Positions 1 to 13,899 of a DNA stretch of 64,000 bases are shown here, in pieces (the stretch's first letter is position 1; every line of letters starts with the position of its first letter). Source of the stretch: Vicugna vicugna. Its lineage: Eukaryota. The position numbers and the translations under genes are program-made. The notes under the pieces are model-generated. The model ran no database searches. It saw only the letters and a program-made list of their open reading frames with translations, and was not told the origin of the DNA. The stretch covers positions 4,506,716-4,570,715 of the forward strand of contig MU058337.1 of NCBI GenBank assembly GCA_013265495.1, read 5' to 3'.

Positions 1-779
1 CCTCACCTTGATTGACTAGGTCTTGCAGAAAATCATTCTCTACTGAGAATGGTTGACAAACATGGATAATGTACATCAGCATAAAAACGAGGTGGCTCGT
101 GCATGTGGCCACACTGCCACTCGTTTTCTGGAAGCAGCAATTCTCTGACTAAGGACAGACTCACCACTTATCATCTCATCCTAATGAACTTACATTTTCA
201 TTTCAGGTAAAAGTAAACAAATCGCAATCTGGCCACCCTGAGAAGAGATGTGCTTCAAATCAAATGCTTGTCATGTTTGGCCACGAGCCACAGCACCCAT
301 GACAATGGTGATTTGAAATTAACCAGGACAATTTTTATGTAACTTGCACAAAGAAGAGTGGGAATAAAAATAATGGGATTGTATGAAAAAGGAACCAGAA
401 CTGCCATCTTGTGTCACTGAATAGAGTTGGAAATAGAGAATCGTATGTTTTAACTCCATTGTTATCATAATACAGTTAAATGGCGAGAAAGCTTATCATT
501 GAGAGATAACCAACGTGACCTCTTGATCTCTGTCTCGCTTTTTGAGTCCGGAGAGTATGAAATTCTACTTGGAGAGGGTAGTTTTCTACTGTCTCCTGGC
601 ATCTTTAATTTGGGGGTTATTGAGGGAGTGGATGGGGAGGTAAGAAAGGAAAAGGGGACTCTCAAAGGGGAAAACAGGATGATGATGAGAGCAAGGAAGC
701 CCTAATGTCAAGTTTACTCACTTTAACAGCCCGGAGACACCCCAGGTGAGAGAACGGAAAGAAAGAAGGCACTTTGAGT

Positions 780-893
780 GGGGAGGTAATTAGGTTTGTT
801 TGTTTGTTTATTAATGGAAGTGCTGAGGATTGAACCCAGGACCTCATGCATGCTAAGCATGTGCTTTACCACTGAGCCATGCTCTCCACTCCC
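780..893 (-). mobile_element. tRNA-derived SINE, camelid Vic-1-like
   Basis: Minus strand shows A-box TGGCTCAGTGG, B-box GGTTCAATCC and an AAAC-rich tail ending CCTAATTACCTCCC; two similar copies elsewhere in the window. Confidence 0.85.
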
Positions 894-996
894 TGAAAGA
901 AATTTCGGAATCTGATAGCACACAGAAGTCATAGCCACCACTGATGGAGAGTCTGGATGGACAAGTAGTGTCCTAGATATTTGTATGTACTAAAGC

Positions 997-1175
997 ATCG
1001 GGGTTCTTAAACTTGACTGCACAACGAAATCACCTGGGAAGCTTAACAAAGAAGTCTGATCCCTGGGTCCTCCCCGAGAGATTCTGATTTTATCGCTCTA
1101 GGGTGAGTCTTGAGCATTTGGAGTTTTAAAAGCATCCCAGGTGACGCTAAAGTTCAAACAAGTTTGAGAACCACT
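997..1175. mobile_element. MER5A-like hAT-Charlie MITE
   Basis: Ends GGTTCTTAAACTT...AAGTTTGAGAACCACT; internal AATCACCTGGGA and AGATTCTGATT motifs. Confidence 0.8.
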
Positions 1176-1229
1176 CAGTCTAATTCTCCCCACCACCTCA
1201 GAAGGCAGGTGTTACGGAACAAACGCACT

Positions 1230-1325
1230 GAGTGGCACAAGTAAGATTCAGAAGGTAAATAAATTACCCAAAGGCATGCAGCCAGTAAGTGTCAAAGCAA
1301 GGGCTAGAATGCAGCTCTGCCCACC
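1230..1325 (-). mobile_element. MIR fragment
   Basis: Degenerate reverse MIR core (AAATTACCCAAAGGCATGCAGCCAGTAAGTG). Confidence 0.55.
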
Positions 1326-3149
1326 TCTGGGGATGAGAAAGGCTTTTCTACAGGCTCACCTGCTCTCTGACGGGGGATGTTGGAGGGACAGATGCAGGGA
1401 GAGGAAGGAGGCCCTGCCCTGGGTAAGTGAGAGCTGACGATAGGGTTTTGTTATTCATTATTCATCATCTATACTAGAAACGGAGAGTGCATGTGAAAAC
1501 TGGGACTTTGGCAGCTTAAAAAAAAAATAGGCTGCTAACATTTTACAGCCCCATATTCCTAAGTTAAACTGATTTTCTATATTTAGAGGCACTCAAGGTG
1601 AGGTTGGTTCTCTGAGCTCCTTGACTGAGAAAAAAGAAAGGTTACATTGGAATTATGCTTCAAAGATTGAATCAGTGCTCTTCCGTTTTATGAATGAATG
1701 GCAATGAATATATCTGGCATTTTATAATTTTTCTTACCACTCCTATTATCTTTCTTCCAGCTCACTTCTCCAATGACAGAGTGAGTTATTGACTGTCTTT
1801 TAGAAGTTCCATTTCACTGAACAAATGGTGACTATAAAAATCTGTCACTTGACCTAACACTGACTCAGATATTCAAAGCTCCATTTGATTAAAAAGAACT
1901 CATGGAAATGGGGGCCAATAAATGTTAGATTATAAGGAAATTGAGAAACTTCCTCCCCCACCCCCCGCCTCCAAGATTTGCTCTTTCAAAAATCAGTTGG
2001 AGGCAATCCAAGTTACATATTCTCTCAGGGTGACCAGAGGCTGAGTTCGCTCTGTGCGTTTAGGAACTGTTTACTTATGAAAGGTTTGATACTTACTTAC
2101 AAAAGCAAAAGACTAGAAATAACCAAGTGATTCTCAACAGTGGACTGGTTGAAAAAAAATCCTTGCTGTGAACCCTGCCTTGTGCTAAAATTTTCAGGTA
2201 CAATGTTGGCATTGTTCATGGGAGATCATTTTATTATCTCCTAATATTAGTAATAAATATTGAACCATGTAGCACTGATATCCTATCTGTGACTTTAAAA
2301 TTTTTTAGCTAAAACAAAAACATCCCATTTCGGAAAAAAAAAAAAACAAGATACAACAAACAAGAAAATCTCAAAAGGGGTAAACTAAGTTTGACAAAAA
2401 TCTTGACAAATTTTTAGCTCTGAGTGGTGGGTCTGTGGAAATTTATTATGCTCTTCTTTCTGCTTTTCTGTTTGTTTGAAAATATTCAAAATAGAAATAT
2501 TTAAACACTGGTAGACTCGGCCTCTTTCCACTTGGTGAGACATATATAACCAAGCATTTGCATTCTTGCCTGTGTTTCAGTATCCTTATGCAACAAAAAC
2601 ATCATTACAGACATGGAAATAGGCCACTTAATATAGTATCCGGGTTTGGCTTACTGTATGTGCAGGAAAATATTCCATAGTCAGGATAAGCAGATGTGAC
2701 CTCATGCAAAATTTGGGCTACAAACCCCACAAATGGAGAGTTTTCTAGTTCCTGTTGGTCTTGGGGGATGTTACTTACAGCCTTCACTGTGTCAAACAGA
2801 TGACTAACTGACATGACTCAGGATAGATTGGCTGCGATTCTAGCAAGACAAGGTCTTATTATTTTAATACTGTTGGTGAGATTGGAAAGGAGACTTTCAA
2901 AAGCCTGAAAGCTGCCAGAAAGAGCTTTCTCCAGGTGTAGCCTTAGGTAAAATTTGAAAGAAGTTACCCGTTTACCTCTGGAAAGCTTTCATCCCACGCT
3001 GGGTCTCGTAGAGCCCTTCCCACACCAAACCCTCCTACTTGTTTTCTTATTCTGCCTCTTCCGATGCAGGGCTCAGTGTGCACTGCGGGGACCCCACCTG
3101 GGTCTACCTCTTTTGCTGGTACCATGTCAAAGCCCCAAGTTCCACTCTT

Positions 3150-4660
3150 CCTTCCTTGGGAACACGTGTGTACAATACAGCCTAACAATTGCACTCTTGC
3201 GCATTATGCCAGAGAAATGAAAATGTCTGTTTACACAAAAACATGTTCATGAATGCTTATAGTGGCTTTACTCATAATAGCCCTACACTGGAAACAACCA
3301 AAATGTCCTTTGGTGGGTGAATGGTTAAACATTTGTATATTCATACCATGGAACACTTCTCAGAAATATAAAGGAAGGATCTTTTGATATGTGCAATGAC
3401 TTGGATGGAGCTCGAAGAAATTATGCTGAGTCAAGTAAACAGTCCCTAAAGTTTGCATAGTGTATGCCTCCAGATAACATTTTTGACACGACAACATTAT
3501 AGAGAACAGATGAGTTGTCAGGCTCCAGAGAGGGGATGGGGAGTGGGGAGGAAGGGGGCTGTCGCAGCTGTAAAAGGCTAGCATGATGGATTCTTACAGT
3601 GATGGAATTTTTCTGTATCTTGAATGTGCTAGTGGTCACATGAAACTACACATGTGATAAAACTGCTTAGAACTAAATACACACACATGTAAAATTTGTG
3701 AAATTTGAATAGGACATGTGGATTTTATCCACATCAGTTTCCTGGTTGTGTTCTTGTGCAGTAGCTGTGCCAGATGTTACCATGGAGGAAACTAGATGAA
3801 GCACACCCAGTATTTCTCTGTCTTATTTCTTCGAAGTGCATGTGAATCTACAACTACCTCCAAATTAAAAGTTTAAAGACAAACAAAGCAAATACAGATG
3901 CCATTTTTAAAGCAGCAAAAAAGTAAAGTACATTGGCATAAATCGAACACCGTGAGTGCATGAGCTAGATGGACAAATTTATTAAACTGTATTGGGAGGC
4001 ACTAGAGATGATCTAAATAAATGGAAAGATAATTCACACTTGTGGAGTAAAAGACTTAATATCATAAAGACATTCACAGAGGTAGAAGGGCAAAACTATG
4101 GAAAGAGTAACAAGATCAGTGGTCTCCAGGGGTCGGTGGGAGGAATGAAGAGGCAGAACATGGAGGATTTTTAGGGAAGTGAAACGATTCTGCGCAGTAC
4201 TGTAATGGTGGGTACAAATCATTATGCATTTGTCAAAACCCATAGACTGAACAACACCAAGAATGAAGCCCACAGTAAACTATGGACTTATGGTGCTAAT
4301 GAGGTGTCAGTGTGGGTTTATGGATTATAGTGCCTGAGCTGCTCTGGTGGGGAATGTTGTTGGTAGGGGAAGCTGTGCATGTGTGCGAACAGGAGGGCTA
4401 TGGGAACTCTCTGTACCTTCCACTCAATTTTGCTGTGCACCTAAAAGTGCTCTAAAAAATAAAGCGGTATTCCACAGCGATGTTAATTTCCTGATCACAT
4501 TGCGGTTATATAAGAGAATGTCCTTACGATAGGAAATACACCCTAAAATGTACAGCGGTAGTAGAACATCCGGTCAGCAACCCACTCTCAGCTACTTCAG
4601 GAAAAAAACTGTACCTGCAATTTTCTTTAAGTTTCAGATTGTTTCAAACTTAAAAAAAAA
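3150..4660 (+). mobile_element. Cluster of old L1 (L1M-type) ORF2 and 3' UTR fragments
   Basis: L1 hallmark strings: CTGGAAACAACCAAAATGTCC, AAATAAATGGAAAGATA, GTAAACTATGGACTT, GCTCTAAAAAATAAAG. Confidence 0.85.
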
Positions 4661-6886
4661 TTTTTTTTAAGCAAAGCCAATTCTTGTTAGTGTCCTTAAC
4701 GGGAAATTTCAGTGTTTGGTTTTTTTTTTTGTCTGCTATGCTTGTTTCTCCCAGTCAGAGGTGTGCAGACTCCCAGCCGTTTTGAAAAACTGTGAGGCCC
4801 CAGGGGAGCAATTAACCTCAATATGGTGTTCACTTCCGATGGCCAGCTTGTCCAAGGCTGACTCAGTTTGCTGACTGAATAACAGTCTCCCCTAGGAGAC
4901 AAGTTACAAAAGGCCATCTGTCCAGGTGAGCTTTTTTTTTTTTAAGGTTTCCATTTCTGCGTTCTAAAATATAGGGCTGTTGGGTCCAGGCAGGAGGGCA
5001 TTTCGGGCCATTCCCGGGCAGGCGAGGTAACGGAGCATCTTACACCACACAGTGCCCAGCAATACAATTTGGCACTTCCCTGCCACACCCCCTCCCAGTA
5101 AGGCTTCCCTGTCTGCCACTTCTTCCCCTCCACCAGCCCATTTCAGACAACCCCACTCTCCGAACCAACCAGACTTCTATGCTTGCCATTGACATTTTAC
5201 TGTTTTTGAACTCCCTGGGTTTCTATCCTTAATCAAGATTTACCTGTAAATATAAATTACATTTACTATACAACGAATGAATGTAACCTAGACTGAAACC
5301 CAGAAATGTCTCTAGGGTGGTGCTGGGCTGCTTCCCACCGGGTGGGGGAGCCTGCAGGAGGAAGACAGAGAAACGGTGTGCTGGGTTTAGGGCCCTGGCT
5401 GTCCTAAGCATGACACCTCAGTGTTAGCTACTCTTGGCATCTCTCAAGCCTTCAGGGAAGAGTTTAACTCCATGGTTACAACTTAGACGCATTTTCATGG
5501 TTTAAGGACAGAACAGTGTTTGGAAAAAAGGAGCTCTTTGTGACTGGGATGGAACAGAAGAGAAAGTTGGTCATGAGAGATAAATGGACTCTTTGTTATG
5601 TATTCAAAATGTTCTACAATGGGTATGAAGTACTTTTATAATCAAGAAAATAATAAAATATACAGCGACTCTGTAGATGTCTGTCCCAATCATGAGCCGC
5701 AGAGTGGAGTTTCAGGTCATAGGGAATCCCACAGGGAAGCTATTTCGTAAGGACATCTCCTAGTCTTCTTGTTCTAATTTTCCATCTTCTCTAAGTACAC
5801 TAGATATACAAGCACTTCTGCTCTTGAAAAATAAATCAGATTTGCTTTATTTGAAATGGTGTTGTCCACTGATGTCAGTTTTGAGGGCATGATTGACAAT
5901 AAAAAATGAATTCAATATAGATTTAATGAGAACTTTAGTAAGCAACTATGTCATTTACTACAGAAATTAGCAGTGTACCAATAATGCGGTGAAAAGCTGC
6001 CAAATTTTCCTTGAAAGTTATGGTGTATTTGTCTCTAAGTATACAAACAAGTCATTATTTTGAACTGATTTTTCAGAACTTTTACTTACAGCCTTTTCCT
6101 TCTTTTCCTCATTTTTAAGTTGGTCAAAAATTAATTGTATCATTCAGTTGGAGCATTAATATTGCAGAAGAAAGGAAGGCATCTTGCAAACCTAAGGATA
6201 ATTTAAATGTAACTCTCGAGTTGGCAGGAGACTTACTATTAATTATTTAGAGGCTTCCTGAGTTTTTGTATTGAGATCTTAGGCATTGCTTAAGATCTAT
6301 CATTTATAGTAATTATTTCAGTTACTCATTCACTATTTATTCATCACACTTGCTTTGGGTCTCTGCTACATGCAATTTATTCCTTGGTAAGTAAGAATTG
6401 GTGCTTGTCTTCAGAGAGGTTACAGTCTAGTAGACAACATAAGGCACAGATAAGAAATATTGTAAGAATTAGAAAGTGGTAAGTTCAGTAAGAATTCAGA
6501 TAGGTTAAGCGGTGGTAGCAGAGGGGAAGAGATAGCAAGGTCATTCCTGAGGGAAAGAAGCACATGGTGAGGGAAGGAAGGCAAGATCCCAAGGTTTATG
6601 TGAGAACACCGAGTAGAGGCTACAGCTTAGACAGAAAAATTGCCATTGGCCTCTCACCACCATGGTTTCTAGAAAGTGGGTCTGTGGGTGTTGTGGTTCC
6701 TGTTCCAAAATCACCTTGGACCCATTGTGGGAGACAAGTAGGTTTCTGTGTGACATCGTGGACACAGATGAATAAGGCAGCTGTTTCACTTTGTTGGGGA
6801 GTGAGCTTCATGAACTCATTCATGAAGTTACATCACTCTCTCTCAGTCACTGACGAAGTAGAGTCCTCTTTTTTTGATCTTCACAC

Positions 6887-7722
6887 CTGTCAGTTTTACC
6901 TGTCTTCTTGGCTAGGCTATCAGTTACTCAATCAAACATTATCATACTAAGTAAAGTAAGGCAGACAGAGAAAGACAAATATCATGTGACATCACTTATA
7001 TGTGGACTCAAAAAAAATGATGCAAATGAACTTACTTACAAAACAGAAAGACTCATAGACATAGAAAACAAACTGATGGTTACCAAAGGGAAAAGGGGTG
7101 GGGGAGGATATAAATTAGCAGTTTGGGATTAACAGATACATACTACTATATATAAAATAGATAAACAAGGACCTGCTGTATAGCACAGGGAACTATATTC
7201 AATAGCTTGTAATAACCAATAATGAAAAAGAATACACATATATGTGTAACTGAATCACTATAGTGCACTATGCCGTACACCTGAAACTAACACAGCATCG
7301 TAAATCAACTATACTTCAACAGAAGAAGAAGGAGGAGGAGGTGGAAGAGGAGGAAGAGGAGGAAAAGGAGGAGGGGGAGGGGGGAGAAGGCAGGAAGAAA
7401 CATTATCTGGTGTTGCTGTGAAGATATTTTGTAAAGTCCACGACCGGTTGACTTTAAGTCAGGGACATCATCCTAAATAGTCTGCGTGGGCCTCATCCAA
7501 CCAGTTAAAAGGCCTTAAAAGTAGAATGAAGAGTTCCTGGAAAAGAAGACACTCTGCCTCTGGGGCTTCCGCCAGTGTCCTTCCTAACAGCCTGCCTCAC
7601 GGATTTTGAACTTGCCTAGCCAGCTTCCACAAGCACAGAAACCGATTCCTTCCAAAAAAAAAATCTCTTAATATCAATCTCCTACTGCGTCTGCTGCACT
7701 GGCTGAACCCTGACTTGACACA
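6887..7722 (+). mobile_element. MLT2-like ERVL LTR split by an L1 insertion (6887-6943 and 7398-7722)
   Basis: TTGGCTAGGCTA...CAATCAAACA resumes as ATCTGGTGTTGCTGTGAAGATATTTTGT and ends GAACCCTGAC. Confidence 0.8.
6944..7397 (+). mobile_element. 5'-truncated artiodactyl-type L1 3' end with GAA/GGA tail
   Basis: L1 3' UTR (CAGACAGAGAAAGACAAATATCA...TAAATCAACTATACTTCAA); 10-bp TSD AAACATTATC at 6934-6943 and 7398-7407. Confidence 0.9.
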
Positions 7723-7994
7723 ATACCCGACAAAGATTCTTACACTCATTTTTGTAAGTGTGCTCCTTGGTACCCTCTCATGGAAATTTTCCCTTTACTA
7801 GTCGTCTAGTAGGTGTCAGATTCTCCAACTTTTCTTTGTCTAGGATTTATTCATTATTTTATACTGTTAACTCAAAACCTCAAAATTTGATTTTTAAATA
7901 CAGTTTATTTTAACCTATTTTCTTATCCTTCACTCCCTAGAAATCCCTGGCACTTGCATGTTCTTTCTCTCTTGCTTTCACATCCATCAATTTC

Positions 7995-8127
7995 TGTTTA
8001 ACCTCTAGAAAGTAAGTTCCACAGGGTGGAGGAGGGGGGTGCTGTTGATTGGCTCGCCAGTGTTTACCAAGCACTGGGAACAGCGCCCACAGAAGATGCG
8101 ATTAGATGTTTATTTAATGAATGAATC
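7995..8127 (+). mobile_element. L2 3' end
   Basis: CTAGAAAGTAAGTTCC...TTTATTTAATGAATGAAT terminus typical of L2. Confidence 0.6.
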
Positions 8128-10379
8128 ATGTTTATTTGTAAGTATCCCTCTTTACAGCTGCACATTGCTTTGACAGTGACAACATTACTACATAAGACAT
8201 TTATCTCGGTCCTCACTTGGTGGGAGGCAGCTATTTGGGGTAAGTTTACCTGCTTTGAAGATACATACTCTGCTGGGTGTGTAACCCCAAGATCTAGAGG
8301 TGGGGTCAAGGATAAGGTAGGTGGATACTTGCTGTAGATCTGAGCTCTTCCCTTCAGTTCATCTCTATCAGCAACTCACTCACTTCAGTCTCTGTCCATC
8401 TGATGTCTCCAGTTTTCTGTCAATCAGTTTCAAACCAAACCTGTAGATAACTTAAGAGGCATATTGATCATCTCCTCCAAACCCTGTAACATGTGCCTAT
8501 GGAACAAATCTACTTCTAGTCTTTTCTGGGAATAACGTGCTTTTTCCCAGTGGGGGTGGGGAGGAGAAGCTATCCCTCTTCCTACTCGAACATTTTGTTC
8601 TATGGGAGAAACTGCCAATCATGTTGTGTTCAGCCTTTCTGTCCTCAAAGGTGGGCGTGTGGCCCAAGCCAAGGCTCTGCTCAGGGATTGTTTTGAATTG
8701 ATACTTAGGAAAGTGAGCCTGTCCTCTGATGCCATTTTGACGTATTTTATATTTTCTCTCTTTTTCATAAAAGTTGAAGATGATGATTAGCCATCTTTTT
8801 GCAAAATTAGCTGTGAATTTCAAGAGGTCTCTGAAGGATATCGTAGAGGGAATTGACTAAGCCCTCCATTGGTTCTGTGTTGGCACCTACGGAAATGACA
8901 AAGGTTTGGTTCAAAGGCCCCAATGCATTTTCTTATAGGCTTTTCTTTAGTAACGCCAAAGGTGTAAGAGGAGGGAAGGAAATTGGGGGGTGAGCTAGGA
9001 TGGGGGTTCCTAGCTAGATTTAACTCTCTAAGTGGTAGTAAGTAGGTAGTAAGATGTCATTTGGCCTGGACTATTGAAAAAGGATTCACACAGTAGAATT
9101 ATTTGAATAATACCAGCCACTGCTTCCTGCGTTCCAAACACACCTGCTTTCTCAGGTAAATAATCTTTGGTTACTATCCTTAGAAGCCTCCCTGGAACTT
9201 CCCAACTCAGGAATCCCCTGATAGTCTCTCCCCTTTGTTCATAAAGTGAATCTGGTGCCCACTTACTGTTTCTTTAATGTCAACTTCTCCGAGGCTCAAT
9301 GAGATTCAAGTTCTTCTCCCAGGCATAACATTACTTAGTCTCTTCAGTAGTTTAAATCTTTCAAACTGTTCTCTAGTAATAAAATAAGAATGTATTTTCA
9401 TTCGGGAGAACATAAAGATTTATAGTCTTTTGAAATATTGGACTTGTCTTACTTTCATGCATTACAATATTTATCACTTTTGGTCATTAGAACATAATGT
9501 TCATCTCAAAGAAAGTCAATACTTTTGTATGCCTGTGAACACAAAGTGCTGTCAGGCTCTAAACCTGATTCAAACAGACAATAGAGTGACTAAGCAGTGG
9601 GATTTTGCCTCTTATTTGGAAATCTCCTCCTTATGGAAATTTGTGATTTATGAGTCAAGCTGAAAGGCTTATTAATCTCCTTGGTAATCAGATAATTATA
9701 GCGAAGATGAGCTTAGTTAGAATTTAGCAGAGGAATATTTGAAGTCAAATGTAGGGCAAAATCAAAGGAAACAAAACAAGCCATTAAACTCTTTCCGATA
9801 CGTACAATGAAGTCCATTTTGTTAGGAACAAGAAGCATAAAAGTATCGCCCTCCCCCCGCCTGGTCTCTTCCACCCATTCCGTTCTTTTGACACTGACCT
9901 AGGTCTCACCAAATGCATTGCCAAGGCAGCACCATTCCACATCTATTGAATGTCTGTTGCATGCCAGGCCCTGTGCCAGGTATTCCACTGAATGCAAACA
10001 CGAGGACTTTTTGGTTTTTTGTTTTGATGGAGAGTGTATGATCTCCTGAGTGACACAGACATGTACAAGTTGTAGAAGACCAACCTTGTAAGTGCGTCTT
10101 GAGGAAAGGGCCAGCCCTGGTGTCCCGGATTGTTGAGGGATCTGGGCCTACTGGGGCCGCTGGAAGTCGATTAGGAGAACGGCTGAGGGCTGATGAAGTG
10201 GCTGCAGTCCGAGGTGAAAGCAGACCTCCATACGGGAGGGAAAATCAGCGGCTGGCTGGCAAATGCTGGAATATGCTGGGGCATGAGCAACATGTCGGGA
10301 AGAAGGCAGGGATCTATATGTGGGGCAATGATTAGGATCCAGGTGCAAAGGTTTCTATTTTTTTACTTCACTTCATTCT

Positions 10380-11105
10380 TAATTTTTTTTTAACTTCTAA
10401 TTGAAATAGAACATACATAGAGAAGAACACAGAAACCATAACATGAGTTACCGTGTAACCATGAGCAAGTCAGACAACAGAACGTTACCAGCAGTTTGGA
10501 AGCACCCTCTTTGCCACCACCCTGCAACCCTGCTCAGTCACCACCAACTTTCTCCTGCCCACACTCCCCACATTTGCCTGGTTTTCAGGTAAATAACTGG
10601 AAACATAAAGTATGTGTTCTTTTATGTCTGGCTTCTTTTGCCCAACATTATAGTTCCTATCCTGTTGCTGGATTTAGTGGGATTTCATTCTTTTCCACTG
10701 ACGCAAAATTTTTTATCATATGATTTTATAGCAATTTGTACTTTCCTACTGTTGGTGGACTTTAGGAGTGTTTCCAGTTTGGGGACTAAGATAAAAAATG
10801 CTACAATAAACATCTTGTACGTCTCTTTTAGTGCATCTACATTTGTTCCTGTTGGGTATACACCAAGGTGTGCCATGGTTGAGTCAGAAAAGTATGCGTC
10901 CAACAGCTTCAGTAGGAGATTTTGTCAAAGAGTTTTCCAAAGAGCTCGTGTCAGTGTATGCTCTTCTCTGCAGTTGTAATTTTCAGCGTGTAAGTCTTCC
11001 GCCGTCTTGGTTAAATTTATACGTAGGTATCTTATTCTGTTGGATACTATTGTTTTTGGAATTGTTTTTTTCATTTTCTTTTCGTATTGTTTATTGTGGA
11101 TGATC
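10380..11105 (-). mobile_element. Old L1 3' fragments
   Basis: Reverse L1 3' motifs: TGTCTGGCTTCTTTTGCCCAACA, TTTCCAGTTTGGGG, GCTACAATAAACATC. Confidence 0.7.
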
Positions 11106-11384
11106 CCTTTGGCTTTTGAGTCTCTTGAGGGCTCTGCTCCACTTTGAGACTTTCATCGACAACCTCCAGGATTGCCAGATGCCTCTAAAGGAGAAATGGT
11201 CCAAGTGCTGATCTCAGCACTTCAGACTCCCCTCGTCTCCCGGACATTGGCCTCACAGGTACACATTTCTGTAACAGAGGAAGATGTTGCTATGTAGGAT
11301 GTAGGCCCCATAGGGTTCGGCTGAGTCAACTAGAGTATAAAGTATAAGGCCAGGCGGAAATCACACAAGTTAGAGCGAAAAAGT

Positions 11385-11585
11385 GAGAAAGTTAGAGCAG
11401 ACAGACTTGTAGTCAGTCCTGACTTTGCCACTACTATGTTTCATTGACAAGTTGTCAGTTGTGTCAGTCTTGTTACCTGAACGGAAATGATTTTAACTAC
11501 CACATAATGTGGTTTTGTAGCTTAATGGGGATAAAGTGAGTAAAGCTCTTTGTAAGTGGCAACTGTCACTCCTAAATGCTATGTT
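11385..11585 (+). mobile_element. MIR-family SINE
   Basis: Degenerate CCTGACTTTGCCACT core and TAAAGCTCTTTGTAA 3' part. Confidence 0.5.
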
Positions 11586-13034
11586 AGGGAAGAAAGCAGT
11601 GAGGACGGGCTGATAAAACCCTGAGTCGGGTCATTGGATGTAATTTGGTGTATATCCTTTATTATTTTATAAATACACCAATCTGTCTTAAAGAATTTAG
11701 CATTCACTAAGTTAACCTAACAAGATTTTTTTAAAAATTAAAAATAGTAATTTTAATTAAAAACATTAAATTTGATAGCATCCTAAAATACTTTTTTGAA
11801 GTAGAACATTTTCCTTTTGAACAAAGATGAATATAAACAGTCTCAATTTAACCCAATATCCTGGATTTAGTGTCAAATTAGGAACATTCCTCAAACATCC
11901 AGGCAGTCAAATAGTCTATAAACAGCAACAAATATTTTAAAAAGGGAATGGAAGAAAAATTAAAGAGAGGCGTTAGCAGTTATCATATGAATGTGAATTT
12001 AGGTTTCATTATAATTAAGATTTTTGAAAGGTCCTACATCAATGCATTATAAATTAAGATGTAAATAGATAAACTGGAGCCCCACTCTTCATAACGAAAT
12101 ATAGGGATATCTTAAAAAACCTTCAGTTACTAAAATTCAAAAATTGATGATTTTATTTATATCCTGCTTCTGTGGAAGTTCCCCTTCCCCAAACTTTGCC
12201 ATCTGTTACAGAAAAGTCTATCACTTACCATATGAGGAAAGTGAGGAGAGATGGACTTGCTTGTATCTATCACTGCTGGTGAAAAACCAACCTTGCCCTG
12301 TCCTGCTAGTGAGTTATTTATCCTTATTTCCTTACATGAAGGATAACCCTTCAATTTCTTCATTAGTTCAGCTACAAAACTTCTCAACAACCACTGATAT
12401 GATTAAGTGGCTTACTGACAATTCGGGCCAACAAAATAATGAGAGCATATGTCAGCACTGAATTATTTGTTGTTCAAAAATCTGACATAACTTATTGAAA
12501 CGAAAATTAAGAAAGTCTTCAAAAAATCTTTCTTTGTAGCTTTATCACTGACATTTAAAAATATTTTAAAATGCTAAGGCAGCATTTTCCAAATTTATCT
12601 GAGATTTTGATCATTATCACTAGAAAATAAAAGAGGTTTCTATGGTCAAATGAGTTTCAGAAACTTCGGGAATTCAACCAAGGTAATCTGGTTTCTTTTC
12701 TTCAGTACAGTTTAAAACCTATGATGTGATAATGCCCAGCACGAATCTCCAGCAAAGTGGATTTGGGCTAGAATTTTTCAAGTATCAATTCCAGGATCAC
12801 AGACTACATTTCTCAACCCCCTTTCTGTGGAACACTTAGGAGGAGAGGAAGTTAAGTTAGTAACCATGTGCAGAGGGATCCACTTCAAAAATGTTGTCCC
12901 CCGTGTTCTGGCAAAGATGTTCTTTGAATATTTAATTTGGTTTATTTTTTATCTGTAAGATACAGTTGTTTCTTGAAAACTCACATCTCAGGATCAGTAT
13001 AGTAAGAATTTGATATCCATAGGTGATGAAATGT

Positions 13035-13218
13035 TGTCTTAGTTTGTTTGGGCTGCTATAAAAAATGCCATAGACTGGGTGGTTTAAACAACAGACATTT
13101 CATTTCTCATTGTTCTAGAGGCTGGGAATTCCAAGATCAAGGACTTGGCTGAGTCCCTTTCCTGGTGAACGCTATTCCTGGTTTGTGAATTTGGGGAGAA
13201 ATAATTCAGTCCCTAACA
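13035..13218 (-). mobile_element. MLT1A-like MaLR solo LTR, internally deleted
   Basis: TGTCTTAGTT...GCTGCTATAA...CAAGATCAAG, ending ATTCAGTCCCTAACA; 5-bp flanks AATGT/AATGA. Confidence 0.85.
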
Positions 13219-13391
13219 AATGATATGCTGAAAAAGTCTTTTTAATAAGTCTATTAGTTATGAATCTTTTGATAGCAAGTACTAAAAATCACCTTGAGCT
13301 ACAGCAAAGAAAGGAGGAATTTCTTACAATAACAATAAAATTATCTAGGATCCAAGGGCAAGAATACAGCCGGTGTTGGGCACATCTAGAA

Positions 13392-13726
13392 AGGTGCTGT
13401 CCAACAGAAAAATAATGTGAGCTACCAATGTAGGACACATTAGTAACTTTAACCTTTCCAATAGTCACATTAAAAAAGTAAAAAGAAATAGATGAATTTA
13501 ATTTTAATCATATTTTTTATTTAACCAAATATATGAAAAATGTTATTTTAATTTCTAATCAGCCCAGGAATATTAATGAGATACTTTATATTCTTTTTTT
13601 TTTGGTACTAAGTCTTTGAAATCTAGAGTGCATTTTATACTTATAGTACATCTTAATTTGAACTAGTCACATTTCAAGTGCTCAGAAGCCCCATGTAGCT
13701 AGTGGCTACCACATTGGACAGTGCGG
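13392..13726. mobile_element. MER33-like hAT-Charlie DNA transposon
   Basis: Inverted ends GTGCTGTCCAA...TTGGACAGTGC; 8-bp TSD ATCTAGAA (13384-13391) / ATCTAGAG (13727-13734). Confidence 0.85.
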
Positions 13727-13899
13727 ATCTAGAGCAAAGAATGACAAAGGTTTAGGGAATCCACATAGTTCTCTCTCAGTATTCAAATTTCAGGGCAATT
13801 TATTTTGGTGAAAACATTTTAAATTTATTTAAAATCTGTTGAAGACACAAGGAGTGTCACACAGAATTTAAAAATAAATTCATCTATGTGTTCTTTTTA

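Noticed and set aside
825..890. tRNA-like sequences (also near 28640 and 49460)
   Set aside because: SINE heads with tails and dispersed diverged copies, not tRNA genes.
7321..7397. Possible orthologue of the SCA27B GAA repeat
   Set aside because: It lies upstream of exon 1b and is an L1 tail; the disease repeat is deep in intron 1, outside this window.
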